Positions 26,067 to 33,969 of a DNA stretch of 48,273 nucleotides are shown here, piece by piece; position 1 is the stretch's first letter, and each line of letters opens with the position of its first letter. This DNA is from Betaproteobacteria bacterium (GTDB taxonomy: Bacteria; Pseudomonadota; Gammaproteobacteria; Burkholderiales; SG8-41). The stretch lies in assembly GCA_016202615.1 (NCBI GenBank), contig JACQOI010000055.1, positions 1-48,273 of the forward strand, written 5' to 3'. The position numbers were made by a program, and so were the translations under genes. The notes below the pieces were generated by a model, which worked only from the letters and a program-made list of their open reading frames with translations, made no database searches and was not told the origin of the DNA.

Positions 26067-27067
26067 TCAGCAGTAATTTTCGAGTCCTTGACGACCTTGG
26101 ACCATTTGGCGAGATCGGAGCGCATCCGCGTGGCAAGCTCGCCGGGGCTGCTCGCGATCGGAGTAAAGCCTTGCTGTGACAGAACGTCTCTGACGTCAGG
26201 CCGCCGCAGAACGGCAACGACCTCCGCGCTGATTCTTGCCGTAACCTCCTTCGGGGTTCGCGCGGGCACGAGCATCGCGAGCCAGTTCGTGACCTCGAAT
26301 CCGGGTAAACCACTTTCGTGAAGCGTGGGGAGGTCGGGAGCGAAAGAGAGGCGCTCGCGAGTCGTCACGCCTAACGAGCGCAGTTTTCCCGTGCGCACGT
26401 GTGGCAGCACCGTCGGCAGGCCGAGTATCGAAAAATGAGCTTGCCCCGACATCACATCGATCATTGCCGGCGCGCCGCCCTTGTAGTGTACGTAGATGAA
26501 GTTGATGCCGGTCGCTTGTTTCAAAAGTTCAGCCGTCAGGTGACTGGGGGAGCCGCTGCCTGCAGTGGCATAGATCAGATAATCGGGTTTCGCCTTGCCA
26601 AGCCGGATCAGTTCGCTGACCGATCTCGCGGGTATCGCAGGGTGTGTAATGAGGATGCTCGGCAGGCTCGCGCACACCGAGATCGGCGCGAAATCGCGAA
26701 TCGTATCGAAAGGCAAATTCCTGTACAGGTTCGGATTCACCGTAAGCTGACCCGCAGTAGCAAGCAGCCAGGTGTGGCCGTCAGGCAGCGCCCTGGCCGC
26801 AATTTCCATACCGATATTCCCGTTTCCTCCTGCTCGATTGTCGACGATCACTTGTTGGCCGAGAGCTTCGGTCAACTTTGGCGCCATCACTCGCGCCAGT
26901 AGGTCGGTCGGGCCGCCAGAAGCGACCGCGACGATCATGCGGATACTGCGTGTGGGAAAGGACGCAGCGAAACTTTGCGTAAAAGGAAGCGCAGAAACCG
27001 CGCAAAACAGGCACAGGAGGAGCCTTGAACGTGATATGGACAAATGCATAACGCTACGATATTTCAT
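26063..27067 (-). CDS. Bug family (TctC-like) substrate-binding protein
   Basis: The track ORF runs to 27184. A plausible start is the ATG at 27067 (MKYRSVMHLSISRSRLLLCLFCAVSALPF...). The protein has FPTRSIRMIVAVASGGPTDLLAR, VDNRAGGNGN, YKGGAPA and KWSKVVKDSKITAD. Confidence 0.85.
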   Translation of the reverse strand: MKYRSVMHLSISRSRLLLCLFCAVSALPFTQSFAASFPTRSIRMIVAVASGGPTDLLARVMAPKLTEALGQQVIVDNRAGGNGNIGMEIAARALPDGHTWLLATAGQLTVNPNLYRNLPFDTIRDFAPISVCASLPSILITHPAIPARSVSELIRLGKAKPDYLIYATAGSGSPSHLTAELLKQATGINFIYVHYKGGAPAMIDVMSGQAHFSILGLPTVLPHVRTGKLRSLGVTTRERLSFAPDLPTLHESGLPGFEVTNWLAMLVPARTPKEVTARISAEVVAVLRRPDVRDVLSQQGFTPIASSPGELATRMRSDLAKWSKVVKDSKITAD

Positions 27068-27116
27068 TTTTGATTGCGAAATGGAATAACACCGCGTGGC
27101 CTTGCGGTCTTTTCGT

Positions 27117-29051
27117 CTAAGCGAACTCCTCGATGATATCAAGCCTCTGGAGGGTCTCGGGAAACGGAAGGCCCGTCTCGACATCCCAGCCCATCTGGCG
27201 ATAGTATTCGTCGACCATCGCGGGCAGGTAAGGCGCTAGGGTCTTGCCCTTGGAAGGACCGGCAGGTGCCGGCTCCAGGTAACGAGGCGAAACATCAAAC
27301 TCGTCGGACTTGTTGAATCCGCGCCGGGCATAAACGAGGCGCATCAGGTTGGTAACTCGCTCACCGCATAGAAGCGCCTCGTGCGCAGTAAAATCATCCC
27401 AGCCTACCGCTTGCGCCAGAGCCCGGCTGCTCAGACGCATACTGTCCTTCACGCCGACTCCAACGAACATGCACACGCCCAGGCAGTCGTAGAAAAGCTT
27501 GGCAAACTGAGTCAGGCGGACCGCGTCGACCTTCTTGAGGGCCTCCTCTTGCGTGTCGACAACACCAGGCATCACGTTGGAATAGCCCAGCTGAGGCTCG
27601 GGTAGCCAGTCCACTCCCCACCCTTGGTGACTGGGGCCTGTGCCAGCCATCACGTAACCGAATATGGCGCTCCAGAAGGGGCGCCAGTCGTGGATGTTGA
27701 TTCCCGCCCCCTTGACGTGCACCGGGAGGCGGTTGAACTCGTCCACCAGCCCCTTCTCTCCACCCAGCAACGCAGGGGCTGCCTTGAGACCTGCGGCGAG
27801 CTTGCCGCCAAAGCCTTCATGCTTGATCATCTTGTCGATGAGATCCATGGCGGCCTGCCAGTTGCCCCAGGTCAACTCCAGTCCGTCGGTGTCATCCTTG
27901 GTGAGGAATCCCTTGTTGTAGGCTTCAAAGGCCATGCTGATGATGCTGCCAAAGGTACCCGCTTCGACGCCAATGTCGTCGTACAGATCCACCAGTATGA
28001 GTCCGGCATCCGCCTCGGTCACCCCGATCATGGCGGCAGCCCCTTCGTGTTGCTCACCGCCGCCGCAGGTGCTCACGACCATTCCGGCAAATTGCCCATC
28101 GCTGATGTGTACATCATAGGCACACCCGATCTTGCAGTTGTAAGAAGGCTTGGGAACGATGGTCCACCTCTCGCACGCTTCGACAAATCTCGTGGCGAAA
28201 CCATCTCCCCACTCGGGATCCGTCATATTCTTGGCAGCCACGCGGAACCGCTTCCCGAAGCGAACCCCATAGGCCTTGGAGATGCCTCCGTCTTTCAGGC
28301 CCACGGAGGGGGGCGGGACGACGACGGACTTGGCAGGGTCGCTCAGTAACACGTTGCCTTCCCATTCAACTGCCGTATCCACCAACGCCTCCGGTCTAGC
28401 CAGAGCTACCTTGCCGGTACCGCGCACCGCGACGGCCTTCAGCAGTTTGCTGCCCATGATGGCTCCGGGGCTTCCCTTTCCTGCCCCGTGGTTGCGGTCC
28501 GCTTTCACGGACGCCCCCGGAAGCAGGGCCTCCCCGGCAGTTCCTATGCAAGCAACGCTGATATGCTCGTCATCATCGAGTTCGCGCTTGATCAGGCGCT
28601 CGGTTTCCCGGGTCCCTTGCCCCCAAACTCCGCTGGCGTCTCTCAACTCCACTTTCGCATCATCAATCCAGAGGTAGACGGGCTTCGCGGCTTTGCCGGT
28701 GAAGATAATGCCTTCATAGCCGGCGTGCTTCAGGTAGGCTGCCCAGAAGCCATGCCCATGGCCGACACCTGCCGCATAGGGAATGCTGTAATGCAGGCAG
28801 ACCGTTACCCAGTTCGCAGAGCTGGGGGCCGGGGTGCCCGCCAAGGGCCCGGTCATGAATATGAACGGCGCTTCCGGGTCGGTGGGCTTGCCCTTGGCGG
28901 GCATGTGTTTGAGAAGGTAGTAGAGTCCGAGCCCCGCGCCTCCTACATACCGGCGCAGCACGTCCTCGGACGGCAGAGGTTCTTTTCTTATCGTGCCGCG
29001 CGTCAAGTCCACCGACAAAATGTGTGCGCCGTATCCACCTTTGATAGCCAT
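27117..29051 (-). CDS. Aldehyde:ferredoxin oxidoreductase (AOR) family tungsto/molybdopterin enzyme
   Basis: The track ORF runs to 29168. An ATG at 29051 is preceded by GGAGGG and gives MAIKGGYGAHILSVDLTRGTIRKEPLPSEDVLRRYVGGAGLGLYYL, the typical AOR N-terminal domain. At ~644 aa it has both AOR_N-like and AFOR_C-like regions. Confidence 0.8.
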   Translation of the reverse strand: MAIKGGYGAHILSVDLTRGTIRKEPLPSEDVLRRYVGGAGLGLYYLLKHMPAKGKPTDPEAPFIFMTGPLAGTPAPSSANWVTVCLHYSIPYAAGVGHGHGFWAAYLKHAGYEGIIFTGKAAKPVYLWIDDAKVELRDASGVWGQGTRETERLIKRELDDDEHISVACIGTAGEALLPGASVKADRNHGAGKGSPGAIMGSKLLKAVAVRGTGKVALARPEALVDTAVEWEGNVLLSDPAKSVVVPPPSVGLKDGGISKAYGVRFGKRFRVAAKNMTDPEWGDGFATRFVEACERWTIVPKPSYNCKIGCAYDVHISDGQFAGMVVSTCGGGEQHEGAAAMIGVTEADAGLILVDLYDDIGVEAGTFGSIISMAFEAYNKGFLTKDDTDGLELTWGNWQAAMDLIDKMIKHEGFGGKLAAGLKAAPALLGGEKGLVDEFNRLPVHVKGAGINIHDWRPFWSAIFGYVMAGTGPSHQGWGVDWLPEPQLGYSNVMPGVVDTQEEALKKVDAVRLTQFAKLFYDCLGVCMFVGVGVKDSMRLSSRALAQAVGWDDFTAHEALLCGERVTNLMRLVYARRGFNKSDEFDVSPRYLEPAPAGPSKGKTLAPYLPAMVDEYYRQMGWDVETGLPFPETLQRLDIIEEFA

Positions 29052-29170
29052 GGCTTTCCCTCCGGGGGAAGATGATGCTGCAGAAGCTCGAGCAACTGCG
29101 GCCAATTTTACAACATTGTTCAAGGACCGAATTCGCTCGATGCTATCTCGAAAATTCTCAAACGGCAATT

Positions 29171-29202
29171 AACCACAGATAAACGCTGATAAACACGGAT
29201 AG
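29171..29202 (+). repeat. Decamer-type REP-like repeat (ACAGATAAAC GCTGATAAAC ACGGATAGAA)
   Basis: AACCACAGATAAACGCTGATAAACACGGATAG closely matches the reverse complement of 47149-47178 and resembles 47101-47132. Confidence 0.75.
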
Positions 29203-29242
29203 AAAGCCGTTGCAGCGCCTTGGCGACTGTTGTAGATTGCCC

Positions 29243-29296
29243 AGCAGCCTGTCGGACTTAACAGTCCGTACAGGCTGCTAAAAGCAAAACCGGCTG
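29243..29296 (+). repeat. Hairpin-A half of the composite element (solo)
   Basis: AGCAGCCTGTCGGACTTAACAGTCCGTACAGGCTGCTAAAAGCAAAACCGGCTG is identical to the left arm of copy 2. Confidence 0.9.
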
Positions 29297-29332
29297 CCAA
29301 TCGGGAAGGAAACCCATCTGAATCGTTCGAAA

Positions 29333-30301
29333 GTGAGAATCGACGCTCATCACCACGCGATCCCGGAGCGCGTGCTCCACTTGCTCCGCCACGATCCGGT
29401 CTATCGAGTCACCATCGAGGGTGACCTCTTCCTGGGGGGCAACTGGGGCAATTTCAGGCTGGTGCCCTCGTGGGTCGATCCCACGGCCAAACTGGCCCAC
29501 CTGGAGTCCAAGGGTCTAACCGGGGCGGTGGTCTCCGCAGCGCCCAAGCCTCTCTTCTACTACGAGGTCGACGAAAAGGCCGGCGAGGCGATGTGCCGCG
29601 CGACCAACCTCGGGCTGGCGGAGTTTTGCGGCGTCCATCCAGACCGCCTCCGCTGGATGGCCCACGTGCCGATGCAGGCACCCGAGCGGGCCGTCGCCAT
29701 GCTCGACGAGGCCGTGGCCGCAGGCTGCGTCGGCGTCCTGGTCGCCACCTCCATCGCCGGCCGCCGGCTGGACGAGCCCCGCTTCGAGGGCTTCTGGGGC
29801 GCCGTCGAGCGCCTCGGCCTGCCGGTCAACATCCACCCCGGCTATCTGGAGCCCAACCCTTCTCATCTCCCGTACTACCTCGACTCCGTGATCGGCAATC
29901 TGGTCGAGACGACCACTGCGCTCGAGCGCTTGATCTGCGCTCGCGTGTTCGACCGGCATCCGAAGCTGCGGGTCCTCGTCAACCATGCCGGGGGCTTTTT
30001 TCCCTTTGCCGCCGGCCGTCTGCGCCACTCGCGGACCAACCGTCCGGAACTGGCCGAGGCCCCTGAGAATCCCTGGGCCTACCTGCCGCAGATCTGGTTC
30101 GACACCATCACCCACGACGTGGCCGCCCTTCGTTACTTGGTCCAGCGGGTGGGCGTGAGCCAGGTGGTGATGGGCACCGACATGCCCTTCGACGTGGCGC
30201 CGCACGAACCGATGCGCGAGCTGCTGGAGGCCGTTGGCCCCGAGACCGCGAAGGTGATCGCCGAGGACAACCCGGCGGCCCTCTTCGGCTGGAAGGCCTA
30301 G
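29333..30301 (+). CDS. Amidohydrolase_2 family protein (ACMSD-like metal-dependent hydrolase/decarboxylase)
   Basis: 322-aa ORF with an N-terminal MRIDAHHHAIP (HxH metal ligands). Its length and the later H and D residues are consistent with the PF04909-type fold. Confidence 0.75.
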   Translation: MRIDAHHHAIPERVLHLLRHDPVYRVTIEGDLFLGGNWGNFRLVPSWVDPTAKLAHLESKGLTGAVVSAAPKPLFYYEVDEKAGEAMCRATNLGLAEFCGVHPDRLRWMAHVPMQAPERAVAMLDEAVAAGCVGVLVATSIAGRRLDEPRFEGFWGAVERLGLPVNIHPGYLEPNPSHLPYYLDSVIGNLVETTTALERLICARVFDRHPKLRVLVNHAGGFFPFAAGRLRHSRTNRPELAEAPENPWAYLPQIWFDTITHDVAALRYLVQRVGVSQVVMGTDMPFDVAPHEPMRELLEAVGPETAKVIAEDNPAALFGWKA

Positions 30302-30385
30302 GAATTTGTCGGACTTAGCCCCGACAAACTCTTAATGCAAATCTGCGGCCGGTAGAATTGCAGAAGAGGATACCTGCAGCGACGC
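30298..30385 (-). repeat. Hairpin-B half of the composite element plus part of its spacer (solo, inverted)
   Basis: CTAGGAATTTGTCGGACTTAGCCCCGACAAACTCTTAATGCAAATCTGCGGCCGG is followed by GTAGAATTGCAGAAGAGGATA, which matches the reverse complement of 8481-8510. It overlaps the amidohydrolase stop codon. Confidence 0.8.
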
Positions 30386-30488
30386 GACCCACCGGCCCGC
30401 GACCTTTACATCGCGCCGCCACGTCCTCGCCTGCTCTCTGAAACGCCCTCGGCCGGCGTCGGAACCAGGAAAATTCTCCAGGATCGTC

Positions 30489-31685
30489 TCAAACCATGCC
30501 CGCAACAAGGTCTGGAATTTCCTGCCAGGGAACCGCCGTAACGTTCCGGGCAATCTTGAACCGCCGCGGCGTGCGGCAGACAACGATACCTTCGCGCGCC
30601 TTCGGATATTCGGACAGGAAAGTTTGCAGATGCCGCGCGTCCCGCGCGGTCGGCGCTTGGCTCCATTTCACTTCCACCGGCAACCACCTGTCTTCAGCCT
30701 CGACGATCCAGTCGAGTTCCGGTCCGTCGGGATCGCGCCAGAACCGGATCCTCTGGTTGCGCGCCACGTGCCGGGTCGCGCGCAGCAGTTCCAGCCCCAC
30801 GAATTGCTCGAACAGCGAGCCGAGCACGCGGGCGGAGGGACGCGGACCTTCCTCGGCGGCCACCCGGCGCACGCCGAGGTCGAACAGCAGGTAGCGGGGC
30901 GACTTGGTGAGCTTCTTGCGTGTGCGGCTCTCGGACAGGGGCTCGATCCGTTCAGCGATCAGGCAGTCCTCGAGGATTTCATAGTAGCCCGCCACTGTGG
31001 TATGGGGCACGCCGAGTTCCCGGGCAATGCCGCGAAAATGGCTGATGCCGCCGGCTTCGAGCGCCGCGAGTTGTAGAAAACGCGAGAACCTCCCGAGATT
31101 GCGCACCAGCGCCTCAGCACGCACTTCCTCTTCGAGATACAGCGTCGTGTAAGCTCGCAGGTCCTCCTCGCGCGCCGGGTCATCCGCGGCCAGCGCGATG
31201 CCCGGCAAGCTGCCGTACACCAGTGCTTCCTCCAGCCGCCGCGGAACCCTCTCGGCCAGAGACAAGGGGTCCAGACGCAACGGCACGAGGCGGCCCGGCA
31301 ACAGGTTGACGCCCGCACCCCGCCGCAGCTTGCGCGCCGATGAACCCGTAAGAACGAACTTGGCCAGGCGCCGGTCGACCAGGTCCTGTACGACATTTAC
31401 CAGCTCAGGCACGCGCTGCACCTCATCCAGCGCAACCAGCGGCCTGCGGCGGCGTGAGCGCCCGGCGAGCGCCTCCAACTCCGCGCCGAGCAGTTGCGGC
31501 GCCCGCTCGTAACGCTGCCGTACTTCCGGCCGGAGAAAGTTCAACAGCAGATCGGGCTGCAGCGTCGCCAGCAAGGTGGTCTTGCCGGTCTGGCGCGGTC
31601 CGAGCAGCAGGACGGACTTCCCGCGCTCCAGCGCGCCGCGCAGCCGGGACGCCACGATTCGTGACAGGATTTTCATAAGCTCCAT
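30489..31685 (-). CDS. AAA-type ATP-binding protein with DUF4143-like C-terminal region
   Basis: Walker A LLLGPRQTGKTTLL, then YGSLPGI and a C-terminal ...WRDPDGPELDWIVE...PVEVKW typical of the ATPase/DUF4143 family. The track ORF starts at 31820; ATGs at 31685 or 31676 give the usual length. Confidence 0.7.
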   Translation of the reverse strand: MELMKILSRIVASRLRGALERGKSVLLLGPRQTGKTTLLATLQPDLLLNFLRPEVRQRYERAPQLLGAELEALAGRSRRRRPLVALDEVQRVPELVNVVQDLVDRRLAKFVLTGSSARKLRRGAGVNLLPGRLVPLRLDPLSLAERVPRRLEEALVYGSLPGIALAADDPAREEDLRAYTTLYLEEEVRAEALVRNLGRFSRFLQLAALEAGGISHFRGIARELGVPHTTVAGYYEILEDCLIAERIEPLSESRTRKKLTKSPRYLLFDLGVRRVAAEEGPRPSARVLGSLFEQFVGLELLRATRHVARNQRIRFWRDPDGPELDWIVEAEDRWLPVEVKWSQAPTARDARHLQTFLSEYPKAREGIVVCRTPRRFKIARNVTAVPWQEIPDLVAGMV

Positions 31686-32008
31686 TTTCGTCGAATTTGG
31701 AGCCTTGTCAAGCCATTTTTCGGCAATCGGGCGAGTGTCACCCGGACGGATCTGCATTCGCTCCTGTTGCGCCCGCGCGAACCACGCTGCTGCTGACTCG
31801 TTTTCAGTGGCCGGCTTCACCGTGTGCGGTCGTTCTTTTCAAACAGGCTCTTAGCCCAACTTGAGCACTTCGAGACCCATTTTCGCAGGATTCGCGAGGT
31901 GGGGCTATGCAGAATCATGGACTTGTGTTTGGCATGAGGTGCCAAACGGCGTGTAGTGCCGACCTTGCCCCTTGTGTTTTGACCCGGAGTGCGTTGTGAT
32001 GCGCGTCG

Positions 32009-32580
32009 ATGTATTTGCGCTACACGACGAGGAAGAAGGACGGCAAGGTTCATCGCAGCTGGCGCCTGGTGCGCTCGGTGCGCATTGGCCGGCGCGTCGT
32101 TCAACAGACGGTCACGCATCCGGGCGAACTGGATGAAGCCGGACGTCTGCGTGCACGTGCCCTGGCGCGAGCGCTGATCGGGCAGCCCGAGCACGCCGAT
32201 CTGTTTGACGATGGCACGCACGAGCAAGCGGTCGCGGTGCGGCTGAAGGGGGTGCGGGTGGAGAACGGCCGGCAATTCGGTCAGGTGTATTTGGCGCTGG
32301 CCCTGTGGCGCGCCTGCCGGCTTGAACAGCTCGCCGCCGGGCACCTCCCAGCGGGCAAGGAAGAGGTGCCGTGGGAGAAGATGGCGGCGGTGCTGGTCGC
32401 GGCGCGCTTGTGCGAGCCCTCGAGCGAATTGCACATCGCCGAGGACTGGTATCGGCGCACCGCCCTGCGCGATCTGCTGCAGTTGAACGACGCGCTGGTG
32501 AACAAGGATCGGCTGTATCGCGCACTTGACCAATGGCTCCCGCATAAAGCCGCGCTCGAGGCGCACCTGTCCAGACAGGT
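32009..32580 (+). pseudogene. N-terminal ~190 codons of an IS1634-family (IS4-like) transposase, 3'-truncated
   Basis: MYLRYTTRKKDGKVHRSWRLVRSVRIGRRVVQQTV...LCEPSSELHIAEDWYRRTAL...NKDRLYRALD matches my recollection of IS1634-family N-termini. Recognisable similarity ends near AHLSRQ, and full-length proteins are much longer. Confidence 0.6.
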
Positions 32581-32672
32581 ATGCGATTTCACCTTTGCTT
32601 TTAATCACGTTCGAACGATACGCGTGGGTTTCCTTCCGAATTCTCGCTTACTGCCCGCAATCGCCGTTATTG

Positions 32673-33308
32673 CTATTTGCTGCGACCGGCGAGCATCGGT
32701 GCGAGTTCCCGCCAGATATTCTCGAGTATGATCGGCTGGGCCTCGGCGGTCGGATGCAGATTGTCTTCCAGCAGTAATTCACGCTTGCCGGCCACGCCGT
32801 CGAGCAGAAACGGCACCAGCGCGCACCTGAAGCGGCGCGCCAGCGCGACGAACGTCTGCTCGAAATCCCGCGTGTACCGCGGCCCGTAGTTGGGCGGCAT
32901 CTTCATGCCGACCAGCAGCACCCGGCTGCCGGACTTCTGCGCGGCGCGCACGATCGCGGCGAGGTTGTCCCGCATTTGCGCGAGCGGCAGGCCGCGCAGC
33001 CCGTCGTTGGCGCCCAGCGACACGACCACGATGGCTGGCTTGTGAGCGGCCAGTGTCGCGGCGATGCGCGAAGCGCCGCCGCTCGCAGTCTCGCCGCTGA
33101 CGCTCGCGTTCACCACGGTATAATCCAGACGCTTCTGCCGCAGGCGTTCCTGCAACAGCGTGACCCAGCCGTCTTTCTGGTTGATGCCGTAGGCCGCCGA
33201 GAGGCTGTCGCCGTAAACAAGTATCGTCGGGCCGGCATGCGCCAGCCCGCAGCCGAGCAACGCGAGCGTGATCAGAAATTTCCGTAATATGGAGACCAAA
33301 TTACCCAT
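32673..33308 (-). CDS. tesA: SGNH/GDSL arylesterase, acyl-CoA thioesterase I-like
   Basis: Starting at the ATG at 33308 gives MGNLVSILRKFLITLALLGCGLAHA (signal peptide), then ILVYGDSLSAAYG, SLGANDGLRG and NLHPTAEAQ. It is divergent from ybbA-ybbP, as in E. coli. The track ORF's extra N-terminus is antisense to ybbA. Confidence 0.8.
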   Translation of the reverse strand: MGNLVSILRKFLITLALLGCGLAHAGPTILVYGDSLSAAYGINQKDGWVTLLQERLRQKRLDYTVVNASVSGETASGGASRIAATLAAHKPAIVVVSLGANDGLRGLPLAQMRDNLAAIVRAAQKSGSRVLLVGMKMPPNYGPRYTRDFEQTFVALARRFRCALVPFLLDGVAGKRELLLEDNLHPTAEAQPIILENIWRELAPMLAGRSK

Positions 33309-33969
33309 CGTCAGGGTGAACGGACTGTCGAAAGTTGTGCCGGATGGCGCAGACACGCTCGCTATTTTGCAGGATATCGACGTTGAGGTCATGCCCGGCG
33401 AAGCGGTCGCCGTGGTCGGCACCTCGGGCTCGGGCAAGACGACCCTGCTCGGCCTGCTGGCGGGACTGGACACGCCGACCGCGGGCAGCGTCGCCCTCGA
33501 CGGCCACGATGTGTACAGCCTCGACGAGGACGGCCGCGCGGCGTTGCGCTCGAAGCTGCTCGGCTTCGTGTTCCAATCGTTCCATCTGCTGCCGGCGCTC
33601 AACGCGACTGAGAACGTGATGCTGCCGCTCGAGCTCGCGGGCGACCGCGACGCGGCCGCTCACGCCGTGGCGATGCTCGAGCGCGTCGGCCTGGGCAAGC
33701 GGCTGCGGCACTACCCGAAGACCCTCTCGGGCGGCGAGCAGCAACGCGTCGCGCTGGCGCGCGCCTTCGTGATCCGGCCCAAGCTGCTGCTCGCGGACGA
33801 GCCGACGGGTAACCTCGATGCCGCGACCGGCGCGGCCATCATCGACCTCATCTTCGAGCTCAACGCCGAGCGCGGCACGACGCTGATACTGGTCACCCAC
33901 GACGAGATGCTGGCGCGCCGCTGCGGCCGGCTGATACGCCTCTCGGGCGGCCGGATTGAAAATGCTTGA
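33289..33969 (+). CDS. ybbA: ABC transporter ATP-binding protein (YbbA-like)
   Basis: Walker A GTSGSGKTTLL, signature LSGGEQQRVALARA and Walker B LLLADEPTGNLD. Start is the ATG at 33289 or the GTG at 33268. Confidence 0.85.
   Translation: METKLPIVRVNGLSKVVPDGADTLAILQDIDVEVMPGEAVAVVGTSGSGKTTLLGLLAGLDTPTAGSVALDGHDVYSLDEDGRAALRSKLLGFVFQSFHLLPALNATENVMLPLELAGDRDAAAHAVAMLERVGLGKRLRHYPKTLSGGEQQRVALARAFVIRPKLLLADEPTGNLDAATGAAIIDLIFELNAERGTTLILVTHDEMLARRCGRLIRLSGGRIENA

Noticed and set aside
32673-33602. The 309-aa track ORF suggests a much longer TesA with a ~98-aa N-terminal extension.
   Set aside because: The extension is Ser/Pro/Thr-rich, is antisense to the well-supported ybbA gene, and precedes a perfectly good Met plus signal peptide at 33308. 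The remaining ~20-bp overlap of the divergent tesA and ybbA starts is ordinary start-codon ambiguity.
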